Positions 25,642 to 38,599 of a DNA stretch of 64,000 bases are shown in pieces. Origin of the DNA: Tubulanus polymorphus (lineage: Eukaryota > Animalia > Nemertea); assembly GCF_964204645.1 (NCBI RefSeq), contig NC_134027.1, positions 26,312,560 through 26,376,559 on the forward strand. Direction: 5' to 3'. How positions within the stretch are numbered: the first letter of the stretch is position 1; the number at the start of each line of letters is the position of its first letter. A program made the translations under genes and the position numbers. Below the pieces are notes generated by a model. That model did not search any database. It was not told where the DNA came from and saw nothing but the letters and a program-made list of their open reading frames with translations.

Positions 25642-26650
25642 GGGTGCAGTTCTACAGTGGTGACTTTAACCTGTTAGTTTGGCTACAGAACTAAAATGAT
25701 CTCAGACTGGTCTTAAGTTGTTAGATTGGTTATAGAACCAAAATGAGCTTAGACTGGTCTTAAGTTGTTAGATTGGTTATAGAACCAAAATGAGCTTAGT
25801 CTGGTCTTAAGTTGTTAGATTGGTTATAGAACCAAAATGAGCTTAGACTGGTCTTAAGTTGTTAGATCGGTTATAGAACCAAAATGAGCTTAGACTGGTC
25901 TTAAGTTGTTAGATTGGTTATAGAACCAAAATGAGCTTAGACTGGTCTTAAGTTGTTAGATTGGTTATAGAACCAAAATGAGCTTAGTCTGGTCTTAAGT
26001 TGTTAGATTGGTTATAGAACCAAAATGAGCTTAGACTGGTCTTAAGTTGTTAGATCGGTTATAGAACCAAAATGAGCTTAGACTGGTCTTAAGTTGTTAG
26101 ATTGGTTATAGAACTAAAATGAGCTTAGACTGGTCTTAAGTTGTTAGATTGGTTATAGAACCAAAATGAGCTTAGTCTGGTCTTAAGTTGTTAGATTGGT
26201 TATAGAACCAAAATGAGCTTAGACTGGTCTTAAGTTGTTAGATTGGTTATAGAACTAAAATGAGCTTAGACTGGTCTCACGTTGTTACATTGGTTATAGA
26301 ACCAAAATGAGTTTAGACTGGTCTTAAGTTGTTAGATTGGTTATAGAACTAAAATGAGCTTAGACTGGTCTTAAGTTGTTAGATTGGTTATAGAACCAAA
26401 ATGAGCTTAGTCTGGTCTTAAGTTGTTAGATTGGTTATAGAACCAAAATGAGCTTAGACTGGTCTTAAGTTGTTAGATTGGTTATAGAACTAAAATGAGC
26501 TTAGACTGGTCTCAAGTTGTTACATTGGTTATAGAACCAAAATGAGTTTAGACTGGTCTTGAGTCAAAGTCCTGATCGGACTAAATAAAGGGTTGCAATA
26601 TCGTTAGTTAACTAAACTCGTAAACTCAAGAGATCTATGTAGAACTGTAA
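25642..26650. mobile_element. Harbinger-type MITE relative containing an expanded 47-bp array
   Basis: The inverted repeat cagttctaca (25647)/tgtagaactg (26638) brackets the array. The unit matches the interior of the MITEs at 50673 and 62.5-62.9 kb. Confidence 0.55.
25672..26561. repeat. 47-bp tandem array (~19 near-identical units)
   Basis: Unit tgagcttagactggtcttaagttgttagattggttatagaaccaaaa. Confidence 0.97.
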
Positions 26651-28465
26651 CACATGGAATACAATTGGACCCGTATCCTTTGAGACATTGATATTCGTAC
26701 CTATACGCCTGCATATATAAAACTAATTATATGAACGCAGTTTGTGCCGTTGTTGGGTGATTTCAACGCAGGTTTTTATGGCCACGAATCCGTGATTACA
26801 TCCAGAATAATTGACTTCTTTTATCGTCACTTGTCATGCTAGCCCTTCTACAGGCTGATAGAGTATACTTACCGAAAACTCTCTACTCCGAATCCCCAGA
26901 CGAATAGCGCAGTAATTACTGTCAAACTATCGCTACTGCTGTAAATGGTGTGGCCACGTTAGGGGATGGTTTATGGCATGTTATCCGCTTTGGCAAATTC
27001 GGAGAAAATTATGATTCACAATCGAATTATGTAGAAATTGATCGTAAACTATAGCTGAAATTCACTGATTTCACCGTATATTATTCAACAGTACATAAAC
27101 AGGATTTGAAATAAGATTCTTGAAACTCGGAGAAATAGCACACGCCACAGTCAGATCCTGACCAACAGTTTGGAAATTTGTCTTTTGTATGAGACCATAG
27201 CGGTCAATGGTGACAAAAAAGACTTGTAAAACTTTGATTTGCAGTTTCAAGGTTAGAACTCGGAAAACCAACATTCAAACAACTTGTGCTAACTACTACA
27301 TCACCAAATCGTAGGTTTAGGGTAGGGTAGGGTTTAGAAGTTTGTCATGAGGCTAGCGGTCAGTGGTCAGTGGCCGGATCCCTGTTGTCCGATGTCATGA
27401 TTTTTTACCATTTTCAGGAATATTCTCAAAGGCAGTTTTGGGGGTTTAAAGCGAAAGTTCCCGTCTATATTGTGCCGGGCTGGTAATGCATAATATTGAA
27501 ATATCGTGATTATGTTTTGAAGTATTATATCAGTTTGCAATGTCTACTGTAACGAAAGAAGTACTTTGAATATTGAATGACACTAGATCGAACCGTAGTG
27601 AACTGACTACCTAAACCGAAGTAATAATATCTTCCCTTTTCAATTTGCATTTCGCGCAATTTCGCAGAAAAGTGTTCTTCGCGACGGCGCCAAATTTCCT
27701 ATTCTTTATACAATAAACGCGTGGTCAAGGAGACCATATTATAGATAAATCCACAAATAACAAGTACTGCAAGAATCGTGATAAGAAAACCCGCGGCGGA
27801 TCGAGAGAACAAGTTTTCAGCTAGAAAACGATTGCAGTAGCTGGCAGCTTGAAGAGCTTAATGGACCGCAGCAAGTGCACTTAGCGTCCACTCCGCGAGT
27901 GGAATACCAACTCACCGCATATAATAACTTTGCAGTGTAAGGGTTAGTTACGGTTCTGCGACCACACGACATCGGTTTCACCGTCGCGGTTAGAACCGAC
28001 CCGCACTCGGATGAAACTCGCATACAACGCGCATTTTAAGCATGAGTAAAATATTTTCACCGGCTGACTTCCCTCTCTCCCTCTTTCTATCCCTCGTGCT
28101 CCGGTGATTGATTCTAGTCGTTTATTTCTAGTTTAAACTAAAAGAAAGACAAGCAGTTTTTAATCGGTCGCAGGCGACAAAGCGTCACATGACTGATGAT
28201 CGACCTTGGCACAGATGTTACCAGCAGAATTCATACGACGACAGTTTACAACTATTACTCAATACTCACTCGCACAGTCAGGTTTTACTAGGCAGTAGAA
28301 ATTTGTCTAAATCTTAACCTGAACCCATTAGACTGAGACCCGGGCAAGTCTCTCAATGTATATATAAATCGACCAACTTTCAAATAGAATATTCTACGAA
28401 ATATTCCGTAGATTCGGTCGTCTATCGATATTTTGTACTCCGATTCCTCAGCACCCCAGCTTACT

Positions 28466-28503
28466 CGGCAGGTGTGCTGGGTGTGTTAGGGCCACACCAA
28501 ATT
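28466..28503 (-). repeat. Dispersed repeat fragment (ccaccacacctgcc family), copy 3
   Basis: Reverse complement reads aatttggtgtggccctaacacacccagcacacctgcc. Confidence 0.5.
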
Positions 28504-29621
28504 GATGAGACAGTAACACAACAGGAATATGTGAATACAAATACTTTGAAGGTTTACTAGATTTTAGCACAAAAGTACGACCTTTCACTGATTAAGTCAT
28601 TGGAGAAATTTACAATATCTAAGTGACACTCATTGGAGAATACAGAGTGGGCTGGGTAATAACGAGGAAATTATGAATGACTAGACACACAACGTTCCCT
28701 CGCTAAACTGTAAACTGTTTATTTTTTTGAATCCCGTGCTCGAAAAAATTGTAAAATTCCTGGAGCAATGAATTAAAATCTGATTCTGGATCCGATCAAC
28801 TATAACTTTTATGCAACTGGCAACAACATCAATGACATCAGTTCAGACACTACTACAGAGCATGACATCGTTTGAACTTTGTTTATGACCCGACAGTAAT
28901 TCTACAGTCTGCGACTTCCATTAGCGGCGGCGGAGCCAACAACACGCGATTCATGTCACCACTGATGCGTCAGGGCTACACAATTGCAATTAAATCCTCG
29001 GACATCGTGACCCGTCTGTGTATCAGTAATTAATTACTGACGACAGAAATTGATTATTGAATTTAGCCCAGGTGAAGCCGACGCGAACGCTTCACTACTG
29101 AAAGCGGGAATTGTTTTAACGTCTGGAAATCGGAGCCCACTTCAAACGAAAATGTCGGCGATCCATATTTGATTCGATAACGCGTCGCGGGACGAGTTAA
29201 CACTTTAGAATAAAGACTCGTAAAGAATTCGATCCGTCTTCAAACACTTTACGAGAATTTATTCGGTGCCGTAATGATTAAAACAGCGTCTCGATTTAAC
29301 TATTGCCAATTTATTTAAAGTCGGCGAAACGCGCCGTGTTTGTGTACGGAGCGGCTTTGTCTAAATGAAAAATAACACCTGGGTCTATTGTAGAGAGACG
29401 CGACAGAATTGTCATTCAAACACTATAAGAATGCATTATTTATAAAAAAACATCGCAGCGCTGTTTAGAATTTCTGCAAGATCAACGTTTATATAGAACG
29501 GTTTGAATAACTAGTTTATTTTTAAGATAAATATCATCGAATTTTAACGTGAAGCCGAAACTTGAAACGGAGAAAACAATTTTTTTTTATCTGTACGTTA
29601 AACTTTATGTTCAAAGAATTT

Positions 29622-30008
29622 CAGGGTTCTCACAGATCAGGGGAGATTCCCTGATTAAATTGAAAGATATCCTTAGTGGTGGGGTTCCTTGTGCCACTCA
29701 TCACCATCAAGAACAACAAGACACCAAAGAACTCAAATTGCCTGACTTTTCCTTGAATTTTAACAATAGAGTTATCATTCCCTAATATATTTCCCGAACC
29801 CTTGACCAAAAATCCCAGATCAACTTGAAAAATTCCCTGATCGAATTATGAGATATCCTATGTGGGGGCTGTTTCTTATCAAGAGGTTCCTTGTGCCACG
29901 AGTCACTAGCAATGGCAATAAGACACCAACAATTTAAATTCCCTGTATTTCCCTGAATTTCAAGAAAAGTCGGAATTCCGATTTTTTCTGATACCCGTTA
30001 CAACCCTG
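29622..30008. mobile_element. Non-autonomous hAT-like element with an internal ~190-bp tandem duplication
   Basis: Termini CAGGGTT.../...AACCCTG and repeated ttccctga motifs. The block ggttccttgtgccac...aagacaccaa occurs at ~29683 and ~29885. An 8-bp TSD is not preserved. Confidence 0.5.
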
Positions 30009-30574
30009 AACTTTCAAATATAAGTTGTATTACTTTATGAATTTCAGGCAACAGCGATGACGTCTCGACTTCGTCCCGTCGACTTCGTCCATCGACTTCA
30101 TCGGATATTTTAATGAAATGAATGATTGCATTAAACTCTCTGTAAACAACAGATGCCGGTGACATCGGATCGCCAAAGTGTCTCTCCTCAAAATGTGCCG
30201 CTTACATCTCGTGGAAATAAATATTTAAATTCAATCTCAATTTCAATGTAGAAATTGCTTTGAGATAAATCAATCTTGAAGTGACATCCATCTTCGAAAT
30301 CGAACTAGCAAAAGTTAATATTTTAAAAGCTCTATCTCCGAAATCCGGAAAGCGCAGGCGTCAAACTGTATCGACGACATTATCCATCATTTCACTATTA
30401 CCGAGAGCCGGGGGATTTATCCTAAATTTCTATAGGGACACAACATCGAGTGACGACAGCAGACACAGTAAAAAGTATGGACGAAATAGCTTCTTATCTT
30501 GGGAATATCGCGACTCATGAAGTCGATGTCAATTATCTATTCAACTTCCACATTCATTTACATATAACTATACC

Positions 30575-30818
30575 AGACCAGGGAATATGCAATTCTTGTG
30601 CTAGTCACAACCTACACTTAAGACAAGTCTAAGGCCTCTTAATTATATAGCCAATCTAACACAACTTTAAAACCAGTCTGACTTCAATTTCGTTCTAAAG
30701 CCAATGAACCGACTTAAGACCGGTCTAACTAAGTCCATCTTAATTCCATAGTCAATCTAATAACTCAAAAGTCGAACCTTTTTGGACTTAAGTCTCGACC
30801 GATTGGACCCGGTGCCTA
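30575..30818 (-). mobile_element. Diverged copy of the 47-bp-unit MITE family (~3 units)
   Basis: cttaagacaagtctaag, tatagccaatctaac and cttaagaccggtctaa are reverse complements of the 47-bp unit. Confidence 0.65.
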
Positions 30819-31483
30819 GAAAATATTCTTCAGGAAAGAATTTCAATAAACATCTTCTAATAAACATTTTAAATCAGAAATTTCTTGTATTCGGGGTCGG
30901 CAGAGTTTTAGTATCACAACAAGACATCTAGTACCCTCAGGATACAGCGATACTGCGGAATGTCTGAACCCTATCCTGCAAGATGCTAAGTCTATAACCA
31001 TCTTTTGCGAGATATAACTCTGATCATATATATACTCAACTAGTGTCCGGAATGATTGTCCGATTTGGGAGATTACTACGTCGAATATCAGAATCTGTAG
31101 ATCGACTTAACTCCTGTAGACATTCTAAATTGAGATGGATCACAGGAATCAATGTTACACAGTTAGGTTTGATTAGAAAAACATCTGATTCGCGAATACT
31201 GTAATTAACTTGTGTCTGGTTCGCGAGGAGTATTGTAGCCGCGATGTACACAGCGATCACTACTGTCATGCAGGCATCATCAATTCAGACTCCCAGTAAA
31301 TTATAAAATCAATCCTTAATCAATTTCTTAAGTCTAGAAAATTTAATTCCATACTGCCGCACATTAATTACTCATCTGTCTGGTTCAGCGCGTAAATTCG
31401 TGTCACCGATACTTTTTTGTTGATGAGAAAAATCTGTAATTGAAAAAATCGGGGTTTTCCTAGTTTCTTTTTACTATCGAGCA

Positions 31484-31550
31484 GGGTGGCTCCGATCGGA
31501 CGAAGCAAGTGTCCGCGCCATCAGGTTCGAATCCCAGCCGAGGGAAGATA
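31484..31550 (+). mobile_element. tRNA-derived SINE-like head
   Basis: TGGCTCCGATCGG (A-box-like) followed by GGTTCGAATCCC (B box). Homologous to 17075-17106. Confidence 0.5.
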
Positions 31551-32997
31551 ATGACCGCGATTCCAAGAATTTCTAAAATCGAAACAACTAGCAAACAATC
31601 CCGGGAATCGCCACCGTAATGAGGCAATGTGGTTGGACTCCCGGATAAAAAAATCTCCGAAAGTCCACTAAGATTTCGATACATACACCGTTGATTCTGA
31701 TTCAGATTAGGAAAATAAATCCTTTAATGGCGATATATCTGCAAAATCGAAACATTCAACGAACCAACCCTAAAACCGCCACCGTTCCGTGAGAAACAGT
31801 TCGAGTTCTAAAATCTCCAAAATTCCAAGAAGATTTTGATACATACAGATTTCTCAAATGATGCAGATTTATAATCATAAACCGTCTCGATTTCTTCTTC
31901 AAATTCTCAGTCATCGATGGCGTTGCGGACTGACGCTGGCAATATCCGTATTTTACGTGAAACTATAAGACAGTTGTCAGACTGCGCTCAGAATGGAATG
32001 TTGTATGACACGTTCATTCAGCGAGCGCCTCAGTCTGAGATAGGTGATTGCGATTTGATGAAGCATTAAGCGCCCGTGACATAAATGGATGATAATTCAC
32101 TAGTTATCCGACACCGCATCTCTGCTGCTTGTATGTTCAATATATTAGCTATCATGACATGTCCGCTAAACCATCTATCTTACAATCCCCGGCTATATTA
32201 TAACGATAAACAACGACTGTCGTTTTACCCGGCAGTGGTCAGTCACGCTACATTCATCTTAGATATAATGATTTTTTTCTATCAGGCAGTTCCCTATCGA
32301 TAATTGAATGTCCAGTACTAATGGCGGTGTGGCTGAATGCGCGCAGAAAACACTTTTCGATGATAGCTTCGAAAAATAAGCGGACAGGTTTCCGAGTGGA
32401 CTGTCCGTAATGTAGGTAAGGAAGGTGAAGTGTACAAATTTCAAGGGCACGTCCGGAATTTTGGTGAAGGAAGAAGTTTTGCACCGCAAGGGTCGAGGGG
32501 ACCCCTTTCTTAGAAAATTATTTTGAAACTATAAATGAATTTAGATGCTTCTCGGAGAATTTACACATTATGAATGAGACAGAGAAAAGCCCTTAATATT
32601 TTTTGAAAGTTGACAAAGTATTTGGTCTGCAACATTTGGGGGGATCATGGATTCACCATTGAACTAGGTCCTACTTTCCCTCATGAGGCCCAGTCTTCAC
32701 CCCGGTCGCCCAGGGTAGATGAAAAACTCCTTCGTAGCCTTCGTTCCCGATTGAAAAAAGCAAACGGTCGAGTTGTTTTTCATTGACTCGACGTCGAATG
32801 AAGAGTTGGGATTTGACTGGTCGTTGAGAGGAAGAGCTTGTTGCTAGATCTCGTGACTTGTCTCATGAGGCAACGTGCATCAGTTGTAATGAGGTTCATT
32901 CACCTGTAAACCTAACTCATAATTGTTTCCGTTGTTGATTGGATACATAAAGCAGGAAAAACTAATCAAACTCATAGAAGATTCGATGATACTCTTA

Positions 32998-33061
32998 CAG
33001 AGAGGGAGAGAGAGGGAGAGGGAGAGGGAGAGAGAGAGAGAGAGAGAAGGGAGAGAGAGAA
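32998..33061. repeat. GA-rich microsatellite
   Basis: (GA)/(GGGA) run. Confidence 0.95.
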
Positions 33062-33587
33062 CACTAATTAATCATCAATAACACAATATACGTTATACGC
33101 GTTTGAAAACTAGTATTTGTTTGAAGTCGTTTGTATCAATCCTGTCTCATCCTAAACACGATCGTAAGCTCCACCCAGGGAATACAGAATTGACAAAAAC
33201 AACACTTCTCTATCTTTCTTGTACTCCCGGACCGAACCCGGTACCACCCGTACTCGGAGGAAGTTGGACTTTACGGTTGATCAAGTCAAATTTCAATTTC
33301 AAGATGCGTCAAACAGTGGGTCAAGGTCAAATATGTATAATGCCGTTTCTTATAATGCTGTTGTTCGATTTTCTAGAAACACATGTCAAGACTTGTATAA
33401 ATATATAAATGAGTTATATCATAAAAAGGTAATTCTCGGCCTATTTAAAAGAATATTTTCACTATATGAACGAAATAGAACAAATTGATTGAGTTGAGAA
33501 GATACACAATATCCGTGTACGATGAATATCGAGAGAGAGATCCCACTTAAATTCATCCGAAAAAATAAAAAGTTCTATAGCAAATTG

Positions 33588-33650
33588 GTATATATTTCGA
33601 GCAGCGTTTCGGCTAAATTCTATTAACCATCATCAGGCGTATTGATGATT
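33588..33650 (-). mobile_element. Hammerhead-core foldback family, copy 2 (one arm plus centre)
   Basis: Minus strand reads gc CTGATGA tGGTT aatagaattt AGCC GAAAC gctgctcg. The centre tcaggcgtattgatgat matches tcaggcgtgctgatgat at 11400. Confidence 0.55.
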
Positions 33651-34944
33651 CAATTAAAATTGGAAAAAAGTGGAAAAAATTAAACAACCCAGTGGGTACC
33701 CAAAAATGGCGCCTCATCACTGTAAAAAGGCATATTGTCTAAGTGTAGAGTTTATTTCTTAAAGAACTCCCAAAGTTTGCTGACTAGAGGATATTATATT
33801 GACCTGCGACCGCTGCAATAATGTTGTAAGTCTTACAGGGAAACTTCATTATACGTCACCGGCATAACGGTAAAGTCATTTATGGGATTTACCAACCACT
33901 TTAATTCCGATATAACATATCACGAGGATTAATGGCATTTCTGTGGAAACATGACTGTTCAAATCATATCCTAATTCCACAGTTCATAAGCTGTATTCGT
34001 TATAAGTCGTTAGTAGCAAGTGATTTGATACCGATTCGTTTTAAACAAATTCAAAATTCTCTTTAAAATAATGAACGCAGCACCGACACTAGCCAGCTAA
34101 AATCAACAAAAAAATTCTGTTAATTTGACTGATCGTAATAAATCTATTATATATACAAAATTATTTATCAAAAATCGAAATCGAAAGACGCTTGTTTCGG
34201 ACTCTCACCAACCATCGACAAAATTATTATCTAGTCTCCACGTCAGGGTGTACAGACTATTCTACTATTGACTTATCGTCCAATTATCTGTACCTCGAAT
34301 TCCGATTTCTAAATAAGAATCTGATTTATTTCCATCGCTTTTCCGTTCAGTGAAATCTTTACCCAGAACCACAGACTCGTGACGTCACAGCCCGTCGCGA
34401 TGGCCGTCAAAAAGTCACAGCTGACGGCCATTGTGACGAGTACGTCCGCACAACCTCGTAATAAATCTTTTCGACATTTTCTTTATCTCGATTTAACGGA
34501 TGTTATACTCGTCTATGGCGCTGATATTATTCACCGGTGCTTTTCATAATTCTCCATTTACGAATCGAAAGCGAAATGGTGTCCGTGAAATTGTGGACTG
34601 CACTCTTCTTATTTACAGGTTTAATGGTTTCAATTTCGAAATTGCATCGTTTGGCTGACTGGATTACACAGGAATACTCGTGTACCCCGCCGGGAATATT
34701 CATAGCTCGATTTGGATTTTATACCCAATACTCTTCTTAAATCTCGCATAAAAAAAACCCGAGTTCCGCGATAAAACACTATTCTAAAAACTACCGTTCT
34801 CACGCAACGATATTCTTTTCGAATTCGTAGGAAATATAAACATCAGAAAAAAATAAAAGAATCTGAAAATGGCAAGTAGATCGTTCGTTCACAATGGATG
34901 AGCAGGGAACCAGTTTCAATACCGGTGTGGTTCTAATAAAGTAT

Positions 34945-35262
34945 GGTACAGCAAAGTGTGGTTCCATCGCAGTATGGTCCCTCACCAGTATATGGTTCCA
35001 CCATTAATTAGTAAGATCACATTATCCATAATGAAACAATGAATGGAAAATCCCACAATTGTTGAAAAACTAAAAAGTTTATTCAAAATACTAGACATAT
35101 TTCGGGTGAAGAAATGTGGTAGGAACCACCCGAAATATTTCTATAATTCTTAATAAACTTTCAGTCTTTCAATAATAGTGGCACTTTACATCTATGATTC
35201 CATCAGTATATGGTGCCACCAGTTTATGGTTCCACTAAAGTATGGCTCCACAAATGTATGGT
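34945..35262. repeat. Degenerate ~16-17-bp minisatellite (ccaccagtatatggtt) split by an insertion
   Basis: Units lie at ~34945-35003 and ~35192-35262, on either side of an insertion containing the 35053-35181 foldback. Confidence 0.6.
35053..35181. mobile_element. Foldback element with a degenerate hammerhead-like centre
   Basis: ~55-bp arms (ccacaattgttgaaaaact...tttcgggtg / cacccgaaa...caataatagtgg). The centre reads gTGAAGA aat GTGGT agga ACCAC cc GAAA. Confidence 0.65.
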
Positions 35263-36523
35263 TTGTTTTCAAATTTCATATTCACTTACAGTCAGATGTG
35301 AAGGTCTGGTCTGGTTGTATGAGTTGATGTATGATAATTACCGTTCATAAAAAGGAAGTTCGTTTCACGGTCAAAAAGGTTTATAAGGGCAGCACACGGC
35401 ACCTCCCTCCCCTCCCTCCCCCACCTCCCCTTCAACGGTCGCACGATCAACCATATAATATTACAGTAGTAACATCAACCCGCAATTAATTCATTAACAC
35501 GACTTCTATTTATGATCGCGTTCGCTTTAATCATATCAATTACTGCATGAAACGCACCTGACAACCGAACTACTATATCACATCTAACATCTATTAAATA
35601 AATGTTAACTTTCCAGAGACGCAAACAGTTCGCTTTTTTTCTGAATCAATTCAAGTGCAAACAAACTGACTCGACTTCGAGCGCGTCTTTCCGCGATCGG
35701 TACTTCAAAGTGACTTTTTTTCTTTGAATCTTTATACGCTTGTGTTTATTCTTGATCTTTATCTTTATCGAAATATCGGAAATAATATATGAAAATTCAG
35801 TAAGCAAAGAGAGAAAAAAGATAAAAATAGATGGATTTTTTTTCTCGATTTTCAAGATTTTACTGAAAATCAAAAGGAAAAAAGAACCAAATTTCTTATT
35901 GCTAAGATCACATGGAATAAAGAGATTACGAAAAAATAAATCAGATACTGATCCACAGAAAGCAAAACGATCATTATCGTTATTCTCTATCGAGAAAAAT
36001 AAAAAGGAAAAGATTGAGCGCTAGTTATCGACGGAGCGTTGTTAGCGCGCAAACTGACAGCATGATCATCCATTTAAAATACTGACCTTACTGCGGCACG
36101 TGAGGTTTAGAAACCGACAACACGAATCCATGATCGCAAAAATATTCCCGACGAGAAACTCGAGTCTATACGTCATTCATCGCTAAATCGAGGATGAGTT
36201 AAGACCGACTGAATACAATTAAAAGTCCGCGCGAAGTTACCGCAACTTAGGTTACCATAGTGAATGTCTGATTGTGACGCCGACGAATTAACAGGTGTCA
36301 CCCGCGGGGCACCTGCTGTAAATGTAGCTGCAGCATCAGCAGCGATGCTACAGGTCTCTGCAGCTGCACTTACACATGCTTCGTTAATAATCGCAGTCAC
36401 TGCTCGACATCCACTCTACATCGCAACAGCGACCTGTGACACACACGCACAGACACTACACGCCTTCCCAGGGTGGAGGATACTGTAACGATGATCGGAG
36501 GCACGACGAGACATTACTGAGAC

Positions 36524-36862
36524 ATTCTCTCCCCCCTCTCTCTCTCTCCCTCTCTCTCTCCCCCCTCTCTCTCCTCCTCTCTCTCTCTCTCCCCTTCTCT
36601 CTCTCTCTCCCCCCTCTCTCTCTCTCTCTCTCTCTCTATCTGATCACTGAATTTTACTATTGCTACTGAAACAGCGTCTAATACTCGAGAATACAAACAG
36701 ATACTGAGTTAGAGAGAAATGAAGAGAGGGAGAGAACGTCAGAGAGAGAGGGGGCAGAGGGGGGAGAAAGAGGAAAGTGAGAGGGTTAGAGAGAAGAGAT
36801 AGAGAGGGAAGAAGAAAGGGAGAGACAAAGAGAGGGGGAGAGAGGGAAAGAGGGAGAGAGGG
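36524..36862. repeat. CT-rich tract (36524-36642) followed by a GA-rich tract (36710-36862)
   Basis: Two low-complexity tracts, one polypyrimidine and one polypurine, ~70 bp apart. Confidence 0.95.
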
Positions 36863-37792
36863 ATTTGCATTCATTGTGTTCTTCGACTTAATGATTAAAA
36901 TCCTCTTATCTCGATGTAAGAGTAATTGTTCTAATTAAACCCACACAGTTTGGTCATTCGGTATATGTATATATGTATAGCCACTAGCCTAGTTTCCTAG
37001 TATTCTATAATCGGCTCACTGAAACCTACTCTATAATTACCCTCGATAAACCCTTCCTACGGCAACTTGACATGTCCAAACTGTCATCTGTAATACACAG
37101 CGTAGCAAGTCATGAAACCCGCGAAATGAATAAGTTTAGGCGATTCTGACTGGATTCTGCAGATACTGCGCGTGACCCCCAGTCACAAGGCCACGACAAA
37201 TCCCTGGTTAGTGTTAAAAAAGAAAAAATCATATTTCATCTTCGATTAGTAGTTCTATTCCATCAGACAGATCACAGAAAGATATTATATATTTTTAGAT
37301 AATCTAATTCAAAGACGTCAAGATTTAGCTTTTTGGATACGGTGAAAATTGACACCAAGATTTTGATGTGTCTGGTACATGTACATGTATGAACTGGATT
37401 GAACTGGTTCATTCTATGTGCTGAAGTTGTCGGTGATTTCCTGAAGGATTTCGATGTCACGAACTGTCTTTCAAACGATCCTACAGTATCATTGCCATCT
37501 GTGTTGTGTGCTTGTTGATTTACAACCCAAGGGTCCACGCTAGATTAACCAGTCAATTGATAGATGTACGTTGTAAGCGATGTCGCCTGCTGAAACTGGT
37601 GAAGTTCCAGATGACGTCACAGTGATGTACGTCGCTGTAACGGCGAGATAAATGGGTTTGTTCCAGTCTCGGGGGACTGCTCCGGGACTGTTTCATCCCT
37701 ACGCCGTCCACGCGTTTAGGCTTTACACCGAAATTCGATACATGTCTGCGTACACCGCATAGGGTTAAAAAAAAAACACTAGATACAAATCT

Positions 37793-37882
37793 TAACGCCG
37801 CGTTGAACCAACTTTTCTAAAGTAGCGTTGAAACCAAATAGACTACGTTAAAAAGAGAAACTGGTTCTAACGTGGCGTTGAA
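37793..37882. mobile_element. Small foldback element
   Basis: aacgccgcgttgaaccaactttt vs aaactggttctaacgtggcgtt. Confidence 0.55.
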
Positions 37883-37969
37883 ACGAAAAGTGAAAAATGT
37901 TTAAAAAAATGGTTGAGCTTGAATGTCGTATTTTCGTGTGGCCCGAATCAGCTATCATGGTTTAAAGCG

Positions 37970-38133
37970 AAATTGATTTTCAAAATTAAAATCAGTAGAC
38001 ATGAGGTTTTGGATGCTCTCTCTATAGAGACGACCATCGTCAACTCATCTCACCTCGACCTCGAGAGTCACTTATAGAGACAGAGAGTCCGAAATATCGT
38101 ATCTTCTGATTTTGATTTTGATAAATTAATTTT
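37970..38133. mobile_element. Degenerate foldback related to the hammerhead-core elements
   Basis: aaattgattttcaaaattaaaatcag vs ctgattttgattttgataaattaattt. The inner gagagtccgaaa and accatcgtca are shared with 42400-42440. Confidence 0.5.
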
Positions 38134-38599
38134 ATCCCTCTGAATGTGTATGTAGAGGATGTAAGTTTATCTTCCATCAGGAGTGAGTGTTCGGGTTGTT
38201 CTACGTGCACGTACTAATATTAACCATCAGATTCAACGAATTCGCTTTGACAACAACTGACAGATGTAGATTCGTAAGTTTTGACTGGCGGGGTATTTGA
38301 CCTGAAGGGCGTCGCCGCGTACTGAATGTAAGATTGATATAGGTCCGGAATTGCCACCAGTAACGACGTTAATTCACGATATAACAGCGATCTGTGTTTG
38401 TCACTGTGAAGCGTTCGTGTGTAACAGCGCGTGAACTACAGGGAGTTTCCAGTTCCCACATCAATCCGTCACCGAACCAACACCGAAAAATGAGTTGTTT
38501 TGTTGCGTAGACCGCGATATCAAAAATAAGTTAATGAAATTTCTGATGTTTTTATGAGAAGGTTTTATTTCCTTAACGAATGCAGAACCGGCGCATCCA

